NCBI GenBank assembly: GCA_964036045.1
Contig: OZ038378.1
Location: forward strand, 171,802,001-171,866,000
Direction of reading: 5' to 3'
Source: Eutreptiella sp. 'Long Island Sound 2002'
Lineage: Eukaryota > Protista > Euglenida
DNA: 64,000 nt
The number at the start of each line of letters is the position of its first letter. The first letter of the stretch is position 1. Under the pieces are notes generated by a model. The model was not told the origin of the DNA and did no database searches. It saw only the letters and a list, made by a program, of their open reading frames with translations. The position numbers and the translations under genes were made by a program. Below are positions 49,051 to 61,509 of the stretch, in pieces.

Positions 49051-49080
49051 GTGAGTGTCTCTGTGATGCACTTTGTTCAG

Positions 49081-49206
49081 GGGGATCCAGAAGTGGATGT
49101 GCTGAACCATGCCACGTGGACGTACAGCAGCTCAGGGGACTGCCGCTCCATTGAAAACTGCAACTCCAAGCCCTCTCCAGAGGAGCTTGAGGCCCAGTAC
49201 GAATGG
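49081..49206 (+). CDS. Host gene X exon 7 (GDPEVDVLNH..EELEAQYEW)
   Basis: TTTGTTCAG acceptor, GTGTGA donor. The spliced junction YDRTA|GD matches the internal paralogous motif YDRSAGD in exon 3. Confidence 0.7.
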
Positions 49207-49534
49207 GTGTGACCCTCGTTGCATGTCTTCCCCTCTCCCCAGGGTAGAACTTGCTTGGCCACAGCAGGCTTTTCCGGGAGGCTGCTGCGGTTGCACACGC
49301 TTGTGTGTGCATGCCCGAAACACACAAATGGTCCATCATCCCCTGAAGTAACCCATACATGGTCTTTGAAGGCGGCCCTACCCACCGAGGGCAGACTGTG
49401 AAGGGCATGTCCGCATACAGCCTCGGCCAACCCAAAATTTCCCCTGCCCCGCCCCCTCCGGCCCAGATTACTCCAGATGCCAAAAGGCTGATATGCCGAA
49501 CGTAAACGTGGTTCATAGCTGTTGTACCGAACAG

Positions 49535-49612
49535 GTGATCCGGAGGCTGACACCCACCATCCACCACACCCACTGACCCATGGTGTACTGGTTGAAGAAC
49601 CGTGATTTCAAG
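49535..49612 (+). CDS. Host gene X exon 8 containing an in-frame TGA (VIRRLTPTIHHTH*PMVYWLKNRDFK)
   Basis: AACAG acceptor, GC donor GCATGA, phase 0-0, TGA at 49574-49576. Confidence 0.5.
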
Positions 49613-51989
49613 GCATGAAAATGCTGTGCATTTGGGGCAAGGATGTGCTTAGTGTTCGGCCTACGGGACGGGGGGGGGGGGGCGTGTTATGGTCTTTGGG
49701 TGCTGAGGGGTTCTCCTGCAATGCTGCTGTTGTGTTCCCATTTCACATTCACTCACTGTTTGCTACGTCTCCACGCGAAATTTGGCTTTGGAGAGCCAAA
49801 GCATCCGACTCACCAAGGCCCTAGACCCCTCCCTCCCTCCCTCCCTCCCCCGCCACGATTTTTCTCACATAGCTTCTAGCTGCAGTCTGATGGCCTGGCG
49901 AAAGGTGTTGGCCAGAGTGGCCATGCTGATCACCATTTGTGCCATGCTATACCATGGCACACATGGTAGGTTCGAATGCATTTTATACTTGGAGCCCCCT
50001 CTCTCAAAGAAAAACAAAAGTGTCCGTCACTGGAAGAACATTCACGCGGATTCACGTGACTTTCGGCCCATCAAGCAGACATCTATGGAATCCTGCCTGT
50101 GACGCAGCCATCCAAATCTCTGCTTCCCCCCCTCCCCCCCCCCGTACCCTTTCCAGGGGTGACCTGGCGCAATCCTTTGTAATGTGCCCCCCGCTTTTCT
50201 GCAGGTATATCTATTCTCATTGCGTGCTGCACTGGTTTTGCATTTCTAGTCACCTGCCTCTTGCTACCATTTGCCATTATTTGAGTCAAAGTGTTGAAGT
50301 TTCTCTTCGTTTTTTTTTCGTACCGTAGAATGCGTGGTATCGCCCAATGGCACAATAGCAATACCCTTGGGTTGGGCAAGACATTGAAACAGGGTGGGTG
50401 CACCAAGAATGGGTTTGGCAGCCATGTGGTACATGCGTTGTTGCCATGTTGTCAACATGTTTTGCTCAGCCCTCCTGATTTAAAATGCAACCATTCCGCT
50501 TGTATGCATGCTCTTTGAAACAGTGGCCACAACTTCAAACATCAGATGTGTAGCTGCAACATATGGTTGATGGAACCTGTGACGACACTTTCTTAAGCAT
50601 GGAATAGCAGGATTGGTGGGTACTTGCACATTACACACACACTCTCTCTTTCTTTCTGCTAGAGGTGTTGGCCCACATGGGGTCAAAGGTTTCAAATGGG
50701 GGCAGCGGGAAGGCCATGCACCATATCGCACCTGGCACCGCACTAGGGCAGACCTTAATGAAAATTGGCAGGAAACCCTGCCTGGCTCCAGTGTGCCTGC
50801 TGCTGAACAGAGCACTGGCTGTCCAGCAACTGTCAATTCAGGGCCAAAGGGCGTCAGTCGACACTTGAAGACTATCGGCTGACTGCCAACCACTGTCTGT
50901 TAAACCAAATGATCTCGAGCTGTCCTACAAAAGGCGAATTGGAGTGAGGGGGGTTCCAGTCCTCTTAACAAAGAACAAGACAAAAAAACTGAGGGAGTGG
51001 CCTGGCGCAACACATGTGGGCTTAGTGGTTGAATGAAGATTCTTGAAGGTTAGCGTTAAATGATCAACGTAAACTCCGTGTGGTCAGACTTGCAAAATCG
51101 ATGGGCAGAATGCCTCCAGAGTATATTTCGGGTGTGAAAGAAAACTTCGAGGACCTTGAAAAGCTGCCCCTCTAAGAGGAGGAGAAGGAGGACCGTCCTG
51201 TATGTTTCAATTGAAGCTCATTTTCAAATCATCTCACCCTTCTTGGTGCACCTTCCCACACTTTGAAGAGGACGAGCACGCTCCACCATAGAGCCCCCCC
51301 GAACGAGTTTGAAGTGGGCAGAGGGCAACGAAATGTCCAGTGGAACGGAAGCTAGAAGGGGGATGTCCGTTGGTGCAAGATGAAAATGAGCACACCGAAC
51401 TGGGTGGGGCCGTTTTTTTTTTTTTTTGCCTCATGCATCACCCAATTTGACACAACTTCCTGCTCATCGCCCGCGATGCGCATTGGCTGTAACCGTGTTG
51501 TATTGTGGACATTTGCACAATGTTGTGCCATGCAGTATGATAAGGTTGTCTTCATATACAATAGGAGGAAGCACACAATGTGGTTGCTGCATGGGCAATG
51601 AGCTGATTTCTTTGCCAGGGTGTTCCACCACAGTCTAGATGGTTTACTGCAACAATCAAATACTATCAAAGTAAACAGGGCGTGCGCCTCTTGCTATGCA
51701 CAAGCACCTGGGTGGAACATGTCACACGGTCTCCACAACAACTGCACATGGTGGCCATCGAAAGGCCTTCCTATCCCCTTGCATTGCAGTGAGCGGGAAT
51801 AGTGGAAATGGGTGGTGGGGCTGCGGGTTTGTTGACCTCTGCCAGGAGAGCTACAGCTGATTCTGGGTCGTTCTCCACAAGCTTGGCTGGGTTTGCATGA
51901 ATACCTTGGACCCACACAGCATGCGCAGTAAAATGTTGTGCCCATTGTCCCTGGACAGGTGGTCTATTGCACACACACTATCTGCACAG

Positions 51990-52110
51990 GTGCGCGCACG
52001 GGAGGAGTACGCCATCTCTGAGTGCCTAGCAATGGAACGATGGCTTGTATTCTTTTTGCATGGGAGAGAGTCCGAGAAGGGGAAAGCGGCCCTGAAGGTT
52101 CATGTGCACG
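51990..52110 (+). CDS. Host gene X exon 9 (VRAREEYAISECLAMERWLVFFLHG..KVHVH)
   Basis: CTGCACAG acceptor, GTAAGG donor, phase 0 to 1. Confidence 0.75.
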
Positions 52111-52805
52111 GTAAGGGTGCGGGTGCGCGTGCTGGTGTTTGTGTGCAGGTGGGGCAAGGCAGAGTTCCACGGAACAAATGGGCACCCCCCCCCCCCCTCC
52201 CCTGACACCACCACCCCGACTACTCCCCCTTCAGGAAAAACCTCTGCGCATCAGCAGCAGTGCGAAGAAAATGGCCCACCCAGGCCTACCCGCTCCACGA
52301 TGGATCAATGTCCCATCAATCAACAGAACACTGCCCTGCATCTGCTGAACCAAATGCCAGGTGTTTGAGGCATGGTACCCATGGCTTGTGTCGGGTGCAA
52401 TCTGCAAGGATTTTTCAAGTGGGTCATCCTGCAGTGACACAAACACCACTGTTGCAGGTGCAACCATGTGGCACGGTGGCACTAGGAGAGTGCAGTGTAG
52501 AGATAAAGTACGCACACATCAATGACCAAGGACATTGAGGTGTGAATATATAAGCTGGCTAGTCGCACGCGCAGGTTCGCAGCTTTTGGTTGTTGTGTTC
52601 ACCTGCAGTACTGGAAGCAGGTTTGTTCACTGTATGCTGAATCTTGATTGCAGTGTCGTAGGTGCTTATGTGCATGATGATCGCCCTAGAGTACCACCCT
52701 GTCTGACCATCACGGCCACTCCTTCCTGAATACTCTGCAGCAACAGCATTTTGGACTTTAACAGGTCCATGCCCTCTTTAAGGCTGCAATGCTACCCCCA
52801 CGCAG

Positions 52806-52861
52806 TCTCTAAGACGTGCCGCTCCAAGGAGATCCGGTACTGGACCAAGAGGACCAATTTG
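52806..52861 (+). CDS. Host gene X exon 10 (VSKTCRSKEIRYWTKRTNL)
   Basis: CACGCAG acceptor (phase 1) and GC donor GCAGGG (phase 0), bridging exons 9 and 11. Confidence 0.5.
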
Positions 52862-53438
52862 GCAGGGCACAGCAAAAGGGCGGCTGCCCTCTTTAAGACA
52901 AGCAACCTGAACCTGAATAGGCCCGTGCCCTCTCCAAGACAGCTCCCTCCAGCACACGAGCGGCTTGGACCTGAATAGAGGCATCTCCACGACCCCGCGA
53001 CCTCACGTGCACACCTGCCACCCACAACCACTGCCCCCCCCCCCCCCCCACCGATTCCCCGTTTCTCGAGGCAACCCCCCCCCTCCCTCCAGACACCCAG
53101 AAACCAGCGCTCATTTCGTCACCCTCTGGGCCAGAGGAGCTGCACGCGCGCGGATCCCTTGCGCTCTGCCCAGGGAGAGCGTGCCAACAAATTTCCCGTC
53201 GGCACGTGCCGAGCACCTCAACACCAAGCACCACACACCCGTCCAGGCGACCTTTTTCACAGACCCCGCATACTCCAAACTGTACTCGGTCGCGTCTGTC
53301 CAGACATAATTTGGGTGTGGAGAGGGGTCACCGATGGGTGCCACAGGGGGTTGGCTGCCTCCCGCTGAGCTTCTGTTCTTCTGTTCGGTCGGTGTGGCTG
53401 TACCAGGCAGCATCCCTGACCCCCTTTCCACTGCACAG

Positions 53439-53672
53439 GACGCGGACGACCACGCCGCACGCCTCGAGAGCATGGTGCGGCAGCTGTGGGCCAAGGTCGA
53501 CGCGTCGGTCATGAAGGCGGTCGCCGGCGACAAGAAGAGCGAGGCGTACGATGGCATGGCCTCTCTGCTGGAGACCAAGATCGCGCAACTGGAGCAGGAG
53601 CTGCGGGCGAAGGACAAGCTGATCCGCGAGCTGTCCACCGCCGAGCCCCCGTCCCCCGTGTGGCTCCAGTGA
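53439..53672 (+). CDS. Host gene X terminal exon, coiled-coil (DADDHAARLESMVRQLW..LETKIAQLEQELRAKDKLIREL..WLQ*)
   Basis: CTGCACAG acceptor, strongly GC3-biased codons, heptad pattern, stop at 53670-53672. Confidence 0.8.
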   Translation, partial: DADDHAARLESMVRQLWAKVDASVMKAVAGDKKSEAYDGMASLLETKIAQLEQELRAKDKLIRELSTAEPPSPVWLQ

Positions 53673-56600
53673 GCAGTGCCCGCGGGACATGGGCAGGGCC
53701 ACGGAGACACGGCGCCTTCGTAGCCCCCCATTCCGCTTCTCCCACTGTCTCCGGCCTTCTCTACGCAGACGTGCCACGAGCGCCTGTCAGATCAGAGCGG
53801 GTCCAGACGGGCCTCGGTCCCACTCGGACTGGCACAGGGCAAAGGGCTGGTGGCGAACGACACTCAGTTCCCCTGCCGGACACCCGTAGCACGTCTCCGC
53901 CACACTGGACTGTCAACGACCCTTCATAACGCTCCCCAACCGTCACACGCCATCCTCCACCTCCACAACCACCGACACCCCTCCCTCCCTCCCTCGACTC
54001 TCTGACCCCCCTCTCTCCTTCACATCCCCTTCCCCACCGTCTATCCCCTGCATGTGTGTTTGGACGTGTAATTCCGCACGGGAGGACACGGGAACGTGCA
54101 TGAGAAAGTGGATGCATTGGCAACACATCGATATTTCCGTGGATGCTGCCGGCCTTCTTTCCTGTTTATTGTGCTTTTTTTTCGTGGGGCCTTTTCGCCT
54201 TCGGGTACGTGCAGACCCTCGTCGCTTGACCGTCGACCGCCTTTCAGTTGGCCCTTGAGTGCTGTCGGTTGAGCTCATGGCTGCGTCACGTGCGGACTAT
54301 CTGCCGCGGCTCCGCAGGGCATGCAGCCCCAGCGTGCGTCACGGCACTGTTCGATACCTTGCTTTTCTTGCACATTTAACGCGCAAACCAGTGATCTCTT
54401 CCCCTCGGAAGCAGCCACATGGGAGAGAGTGGTGTTGTATGTATGTCGCAAGGCATATCTTATGGGGGGAGGATGCTTTCCCCTTTGCTTAAGTCAATTT
54501 ATCGTTCCTTCGGTGGCCCCGACCGCCGCCTATCGTCAACGGACGTCTGCACATCTTTAACCCCGTTTGCTTTTGTTTCTAACCATCAATCACCGCCAAC
54601 CTTTTTCTTCACTGGACAGGAGTGACGCTGATTTCCGAGGAGTGCGGGTTGCATGGCTGGCAGGTGTCCCCAACACGAGGGGGTTCCAAACACTGCACAC
54701 CTAACCGTGCCTCTGTGGGGGGTCAAACCACGTGTCCACCTGCGCAGTAAGTCATTGAACAGTGCCCCCCCCCCCCCCCCGCTTAACCGAGGTCCAACCC
54801 AAAGTTCCTCTGTGTGTTGATCAAATTTTACAAATGACAAAATGGTCCCGGCCATGTTTTGTACGCAGACCCTTGAGCCTCAGGCCTCTCCCTCCTCCCT
54901 CCCGTTCCAGCACACGTCTGGGTGAGCTCTCAAACAGTGTCTCCCAGTTCTGGTTTTTTGTGCCACAGTCCTCTGCTGGGACGGCACAACACAATGTCAG
55001 TCCTCTCCTTTCTGGATCACTTGGGGGCAGACCCTTGGACGTGCGCAACTCCGCGTTTCCTTCACCAGTCAGCCGTGACGGTAGGTGTCGAGCTCAGGTA
55101 TTGGCTGGCCGTCACCATGCCAATCCCACAGCGATTCACAGTGCGCGCCCTTGTGCAAACCACATATGATACACAATCTAGCCTCACCTGGGTGACTGCG
55201 TTTGGTTTGTAAGCCATCTCTCCGCCACCCTGCACAGGGCCACCCCGACAGCCGTGTGGGCCTGGGTGCGCCCATGTGGTGTGGCCAGAGCAGCGCTTTA
55301 CTCTTTCGGGGAAGGGGGGTGATGTTAATGTCACATTTGCATGTTTTTTTTGTATCAGTACTGCACCTCTGTTGGTGACCCCACCTTCTTGTGATTTGCG
55401 CTGTGTGTATTTGTTGCTCCGCTGTGTAACCAGAAACCTGAACTAGGCACAGGACCAACCACTCCGATGCCCCCCCTCGCCCCCCCACCCCATCCACTGG
55501 AGGACTGGAGCAGCAATGGTAGCATCTTGGGGTGTGGATCCAACCCTGGTCCAGCCATTGTTTCCGATCAAGTCATAGCCATGACAGTCAACTCGCCACA
55601 GGCCTGGATGCAGGGTCTCTGAATTCTCAGCTGTAGGAGTTGCTTAGAGGACCGCCCAGCAAATGTGGCCATTTAAAGACCGGGGCTGAATGAGGCAAAG
55701 TATCCTGCCCCCTAGTCCAAGCTATGCCCACATGCCAAACAGTATTTGCGCCTCCTGTAGCTCAGACCAGGCATAGCTTGGTGTGGTACACTGCATGTAT
55801 CACATAAAAACACCAATACAATTGCAACTGTGAGCCATAACATGCATGGTGTCCCTTTTCCTGAGGACTGTAGAACGCCACCAGCTTGGGGGATTCCCTC
55901 CATGTGCTCGAAAGGGCTCGTGGTAGCAGATACATTTTCCCCATTCATATACCTTTGGAACACATGTCTACCAGGTGCAGATCAAGAATGTTCCTTGTTG
56001 CAGCCAAATGCTAGACGCAGGTGGGTTCTGTGACTCAGAACAGCAAAAATGGTGCCAAATGGGCGAAGAAACGTCGATCAAATCACAGTGGAAGCACTGT
56101 GAGTCAGTTAACAGCTGAAACCGCGTGTCTATCAATCGTCAGTCATTCCTGACTCTGACAAATTGGGACCAGATTACAAGTAGGTCCCCAAGTGGTACAG
56201 TACCCCCCCCCCCCCCCTCCTCCTGGATGCGGCACACTTGTTGATGGTGAGCGAGGACAGTGATGTGGTGGGGATGAAGGCCGTACCACAAACTCCTCAA
56301 GGTCTGCGGGCTATGTATGGCTACATCACCCCTGCCTTCTCGGGGTCCCCATAGTGGGGTGAGTTCAATATGGGGGATGGAAAATGGGTAAAAAGGGTTG
56401 ACATTGGGCAACAAAGGGTGACAATTCAAATGTGCCACATCCCAAATGCATAGGAAGCTAAAAAAAAACCCCAATATGGAACCAAAAACTTGTCAAAAGG
56501 GGCCAAAAGTAGGGTCCGAGTATTTGCCGACATCCAAAACTTCACACTCTGTGGGCACTGCGTGCACGGCATTCCCCTACACTGAACCCCATGGTGGGGT

Positions 56601-58574
56601 GTTGTAAAAAGGATGTCATGTGGATTTGTGACATGTTTTGGTGATGGGTTACTTAGCCATCATTTGTCTCACTGGGCACCCCAAGATAGCACCGGTTAGG
56701 TTGGTTAGGTTGGCCTCGCCACTTTGGGGATCCCGAGGTAGCAGGGGTTATGAAGCCATTGTTTGCCTCCTTTTTCCTTTCTCGTTTTTCAAAAAAAATT
56801 GCAGGCAAAGAGTGTTGAGGAGCGACATGATACCCCAACCAATGGTTGAGTGGATGGCAGCCCCCTAGCCCCCGCAACCCCTGCCGCCCAAGCAACTGGG
56901 CCTTTATAGCAAACTCCCCGCCTTAGCTATATGTTGGCTCAGAATCACCACCGCCCTCCCCTTCACCCTATTCACGGTCCCCATCACCCAAGAGACCACG
57001 GACAGCGCGTTCCCTGCGCTCCGAGTCAAGGGACACCTCATCACCGCCTCCAAGAGCAAAGCCACGGGCACTGAAACACTCAAAGCAGGCCGACTTTACA
57101 AGGCTGCGTGATTTGTTCATAGGGATAGTGGAGTACCAAGTTGAAGGCAGTTTCGTTGTTCTCATGTGGGCTTTGCTGCTTCGCTGTGCAACCAGTCAGG
57201 TGACAGGTATTCTTGGGTGAGTATCCCGGCCTCTTTGTGTGTGCAGTATGCACACAGTGCAACAACTTGGCCTAGGGTTCATACGATCCCTGGCCCCATT
57301 GGCGTAATTTTTCACTGACCCTTCCCGTCAAGGTTAAGTGTTAGTTTGCAGTTGATTACCAGCGAACGGGTCTCAAGTGCTTCCCGTGGTCCCAGCTTTC
57401 AATAACACACAGAAGACAATGGTGCATAAACTACTAGAGGTTATATTGAAGTGCGGGAAGCTCTGAATGCATATTTAGCACACTGAGGGCTGGACAGTAG
57501 TATCTGAGATGATTGCTGCTTTTGAGTAAGGCAGAGTACCACAAGGGCAGCCCCCCCCCCCCCCCAGGCAATGGGATCCGCCAGCCCGTCAATCACGTAT
57601 CTGCGAGCTAAACAAAAAGCCTTGCAACGGAAGAAAGCAGGTCAAAACGTTTTGTAAGGAATGGGCCTGAGCTGATGCCGGTGCCCATGTATTGAGACAG
57701 ACACCGTGGCGTGTGCACCGATCCCGAAACAGTTGTGTTGTAAAAGAAATTAGGGGCTTGCAAAAAAATTTCAAAACGTGAGCCCAAACTGTGCGTGGAG
57801 CCACACTTTGGGGGTGGGTAGGCAATACGCCCCCAAGTCGGGCGGTTGGGCCAGATGTTCCAAACAGCACACACCAGACTCCACACACAGCAAACGCTGT
57901 GTCTGAAGAGATATTCCCCGGGCGCACCCCTGGTAACCCCCAGGTAAACCGGGGAGGGGGGAATATGGTTGAATTTGGGGCACTCGGGTGAGACCCAATT
58001 AAGGTGAGGTAAGTGAAGGCGTAGGTGTGGAAGACTAACCTTGTTGGAAGGCTAACCTGTGGAAGACTAACCTTGTTGGGGGCAAGGGGGGGTTGGAGAA
58101 AGCTGTATAAAGGGGTTGTGTGGTTCCCAGCACGTGGGCATGGTGTGGGTGGATGCTAGGGGAGCCTACGAGGGAGCGTTAGCGCGTAGGGAGCGTTAGC
58201 GTGCAGGGCGCGTAGGGCAACTTTTTGGGCTATTTCCGATCCCTACCACTGTGGGACCCCTAAGAAGGCAGCGGTTATGTAGCCAATCCGCCCATTTTTG
58301 GGTCCATGAGAACGCAGGGGTTAGGTAGCTAGGTCCGATTTTGTCCCCGTGGGTCCTAGGGCGCCAACCCAGCGGCCTATGGGTACCATGCATTTGAAGG
58401 GGTTACAATCACTCAGGGACTCAGTTTGGGGAAATCATCATAGAAGTAGCGCGCAGGGTGTGCGCAGGGCAAACACTCCCCCTACTGTCCACACACAAGA
58501 GGGGGGTGATTTTTCACATGCTGAGAAGCACAAATTTGGTTGTCTGACGAAACATACTTCTTCTCCCCCCACAG

Positions 58575-58696
58575 CCTATGGAAGATCCATTGCCATAGAA
58601 GACCTCAAGACATGTAGCCGAGAGGTTGTGGACAGGTTGGAAGTTGATGCATGGGATTACAACAAAGAGCTGGTGGTGCAAACATCAAACAACTCG
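58575..58696 (+). CDS. Candidate orphan exon (YGRSIAIEDLKTCSREVVDRLEVDAWDYNKELVVQTSNNS)
   Basis: Pyrimidine tract CTTCTTCTCCCCCCACAG, protein-like frame, possible donor at 58697. No partner exons were found. Confidence 0.25.
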
Positions 58697-59564
58697 GTTT
58701 CGGGTGTTTTCACCGTTCAGCTCCTGCATGTGTGAGAAGTTTTTAAATTTTTGTGGAAACTTGGGGGGAAACTAAAGTCATGCAAATAACATTAGTTCTG
58801 CCACGGGGGATACGGGAGATCAGGACACTTATGTGAGAGGGGCAGAGCTGAACTGAAGTGTGTTCTGGGGAGGTCGGGACTCTTTACTGAACTAATACAG
58901 AATACCGTTAACAACAACAGAAAAAGGGGGGCACAGAGGACAAATGTGCCAACAGTGGACCATGTGTGACACACCAGCCTCCAGCTTGTGCCTTTCAAAG
59001 CATCATCAATTCTCTGACAGCCATAAACACCCCAGTTCAACAGCAATCTACCGTCTGCACCTCCTATCAACCCCAATTTCCGAAAAATGCTGAGCACGGT
59101 TTTCTTGCGGCGCCTGTCCGCCTGCGGTATGACATTGTTGTAATTGCAGAAATTGCCCTCACAGCAGGGACCATCTCAAGTGTGGTTTGTATTTGTACGT
59201 GCTGCGTGCAAGCTACGGTCCTGTCTACAGTTGGTGTAGGGACCGCATCAATGTGGGACTTTTTTGTAGCTTGGATGGGGGAAGGGGTTATCTTTTCATA
59301 TTGTTGAGGTTCCCTTGGGTCCTGGTGAAGAATTTTGGATACCCGTATTTCCTTACCTAGCCGGAACACAACACAATGGTTCAAGCCCATTGGACTTTCA
59401 AAATGTTTCCTGGGCTATTAATGACTCAGTTGTGCAGACGGGTCGCAAGTCATGGAATGCCACAACTGCCCATTAACATTCAGAGAAGCACGTCATGGTG
59501 CCATGGCGACAAGTGGATTAGATATGTGTGCGCCAAGAAAGTTGCATTGCTTCTTGCCATCCTC

Positions 59565-59566
59565 AG
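59565..59566 (+). promoter_or_regulatory. Putative spliced-leader acceptor of the plastid-targeted gene
   Basis: TTGCTTCTTGCCATCCTCAG ends 20 nt upstream of ATG 59587. Confidence 0.45.
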
Positions 59567-59586
59567 ACCTGCCAGGCTTTGTTCTA

Positions 59587-59925
59587 ATGCTATCACCAGC
59601 CTCCAGGACCCCCCGTTTGCCCTTGATTGTGGGCTTTGTCCTCGCAGCCGCCGTTGGTGTGTGCATCGGCCTGTCTCTAAGTCCCACTGCGCCCGACACC
59701 GCCGTGCTGTATGCCTTGACAACTGCCACCGCGCCCCCGCTTGTAGCCCCTCGCAGCCTAGTGCTGAGGGATGGCAGTGCGCCAGCAAGCCCCTCCAGGG
59801 CTGCGGCTTTGCGTGCACTACATGCACCACGCCCCCTACATTCTACCGTACGCGATATGGAGCTGCCAGCACTGGAACTGCGTCCCGACAGCCCTCCTTC
59901 TCCAACGACTGCATATTTGTTGCAG
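59587..59925 (+). CDS. Plastid-targeted protein exon 1: signal peptide/TMD1 + transit peptide
   Basis: MLSPASRTPRLPLIVGFVLAAAVGVCIGLSLSP..LYA.. then an A/S/T/P/R-rich segment; donor CAG|GTGTCG, phase 0. Confidence 0.75.
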
Positions 59926-61367
59926 GTGTCGATGGGTGTCATGTCAGGTCAACCAGCATCGTCCGGCCAATCAACGTGGTCCACGTGAGACCTCAAGCTA
60001 CCATCTTAGTCCCCCCCCCCCCCCCTTATGAGTCCCACATCGGGGGCCTGGGATTGACTGCCTGTGAAGCCTGTCCGCACTGCAGGGGCGCGGGCGCCCC
60101 CGAGGGAGAGGCCTGCAATTGGGAGCAGTGGGCAAACACACCACCTTCACGCACAAAATTGCACTCCCGCCCAAGTGACCTCAAAGGCATGGCACTTGAC
60201 ACAGGTTGGTTTACGCCTCAACCAACCAACAGATGGCGTGCCCTCTGGACAGGGCCCTGCCCAGGCGTCTACGGCTCAACCTCCCTTGAGGATCAACACC
60301 CACACTCCCTGCCCCCTCCCTCCCACCGTGTCGTGGGGGTTGGTGTGCCGGCACACGCCCATTGAGACACAAGTGGGGCAGGTCATCAGGGTCTGGTCGG
60401 TTTGTGCATGTCACGATGGACATGTGGCACGGCTCCAGGAAACCTACAGTGCACTAAGACAACAGAGTACTCCAGAAGCGTCCAGAAGCGTCCCAGGGGC
60501 AGCAGTATGAGGGGCTCCATGCAAGACAGAACGCACTCGGCGCCATTGGGACTAGAGATAGGGGTAGCTTGGGACTGCTGGCGCTGGGGAGGGGTCGGTG
60601 CTGGGGCTGCACTCATGTGGGGACGAAGAGGGCTATGCAATTGGCTGATGAGGACAAGAAAAACACTCTACGCCATGCACTCCGCGTATCAAATGGATTC
60701 AGGCAGGCAGACCTTTGGCGCAGGTTGCAGTGCAACACACTGTCCGGTGCACACACAGTGCAAGTCTCAACGTGTCACAAGGCACTTTCCATTTGAAATC
60801 CACCCCCCCCCCCCCCCCAGCCAGCTCAATTGGTCATTTTTTCAATTTGCCTCTTCTGTCTGTTTATGTTTCTGCTCCTGTTTCCGCATGTCTGTTTCCA
60901 AACGCCATTGTGTTCAAAAGGTGATAATGTCTGGTACCATACCTGGACACTCGGTGACAAGGGTCTGGAGAGTGTTGTTCATCCCTCACCTTCTGGGCCT
61001 CAGTTTCTGCACATTAGGTATTCCCAGGGCAATGGCCCATGCGAATGCCAGTGTGCCCTTGCAATCCACCCCTGCCCCGCCTTGGGGGGGGAGCGGGATC
61101 GTCGTTTGGGTGTGGTCCGCGGGGGGATGGGGGGTGGGAACCATCGCTAGGGGCGCGCGCAAGACGGGGGCGCAGGGTATGTTTGATTAGATTCCATGAT
61201 CCGCGATTCATATGTCTGACATTTACTTGTCTGACAAACGCAAGTGCACAGCAGCCCCACATACCCCCACATACCATGTCATATATCAAAGCCCATGACC
61301 CTCACCGTTTCCTTGGGGTACATCGTCTCATGGTCTGTCACTCCCACAGCCGTCCTCACTTCCACAG

Positions 61368-61509
61368 GTTGGATCCACGGCCTTGGCATGGGCTTCAGTA
61401 GTTTTCGCAACGGCTCTTTCGATTTTTGGGTATAGGACTGCGGTGCAATGGGCACTGCGCCCCTCCTGCAATGCTGCGGTTTCTACTGTTGCTATGGCTG
61501 CGACCACCG
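61368..61509 (+). CDS. Plastid-targeted protein exon 2: second hydrophobic (stop-transfer) domain
   Basis: CCACAG acceptor, phase 0. VGSTALAWASVVFATALSIFGYRTAVQWALRP..VAMAATT-G; donor GTGTGC, phase 1. Matches the euglenid class I presequence layout. Confidence 0.75.

Noticed and set aside
49573-49581. Nonconventional intron end that would skip the in-frame TGA
   Set aside because: CTG at -8 would start the exon at T49581 in a frame that stops at once; starting at ATG 49580 does not fit the -8..-6 spacing. Not excluded without RNA data.
50811-50935. Extra exon of gene X after CTGAACAG
   Set aside because: Phase 1 start is incompatible with the flanking exons, and the region looks like a decayed transposase remnant.
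54100-54133. SECIS element (ATGA..AA..GA) in the gene X 3' region
   Set aside because: Spacing to AA is wrong and the upper stem does not pair by eye; a covariance-model search is needed.
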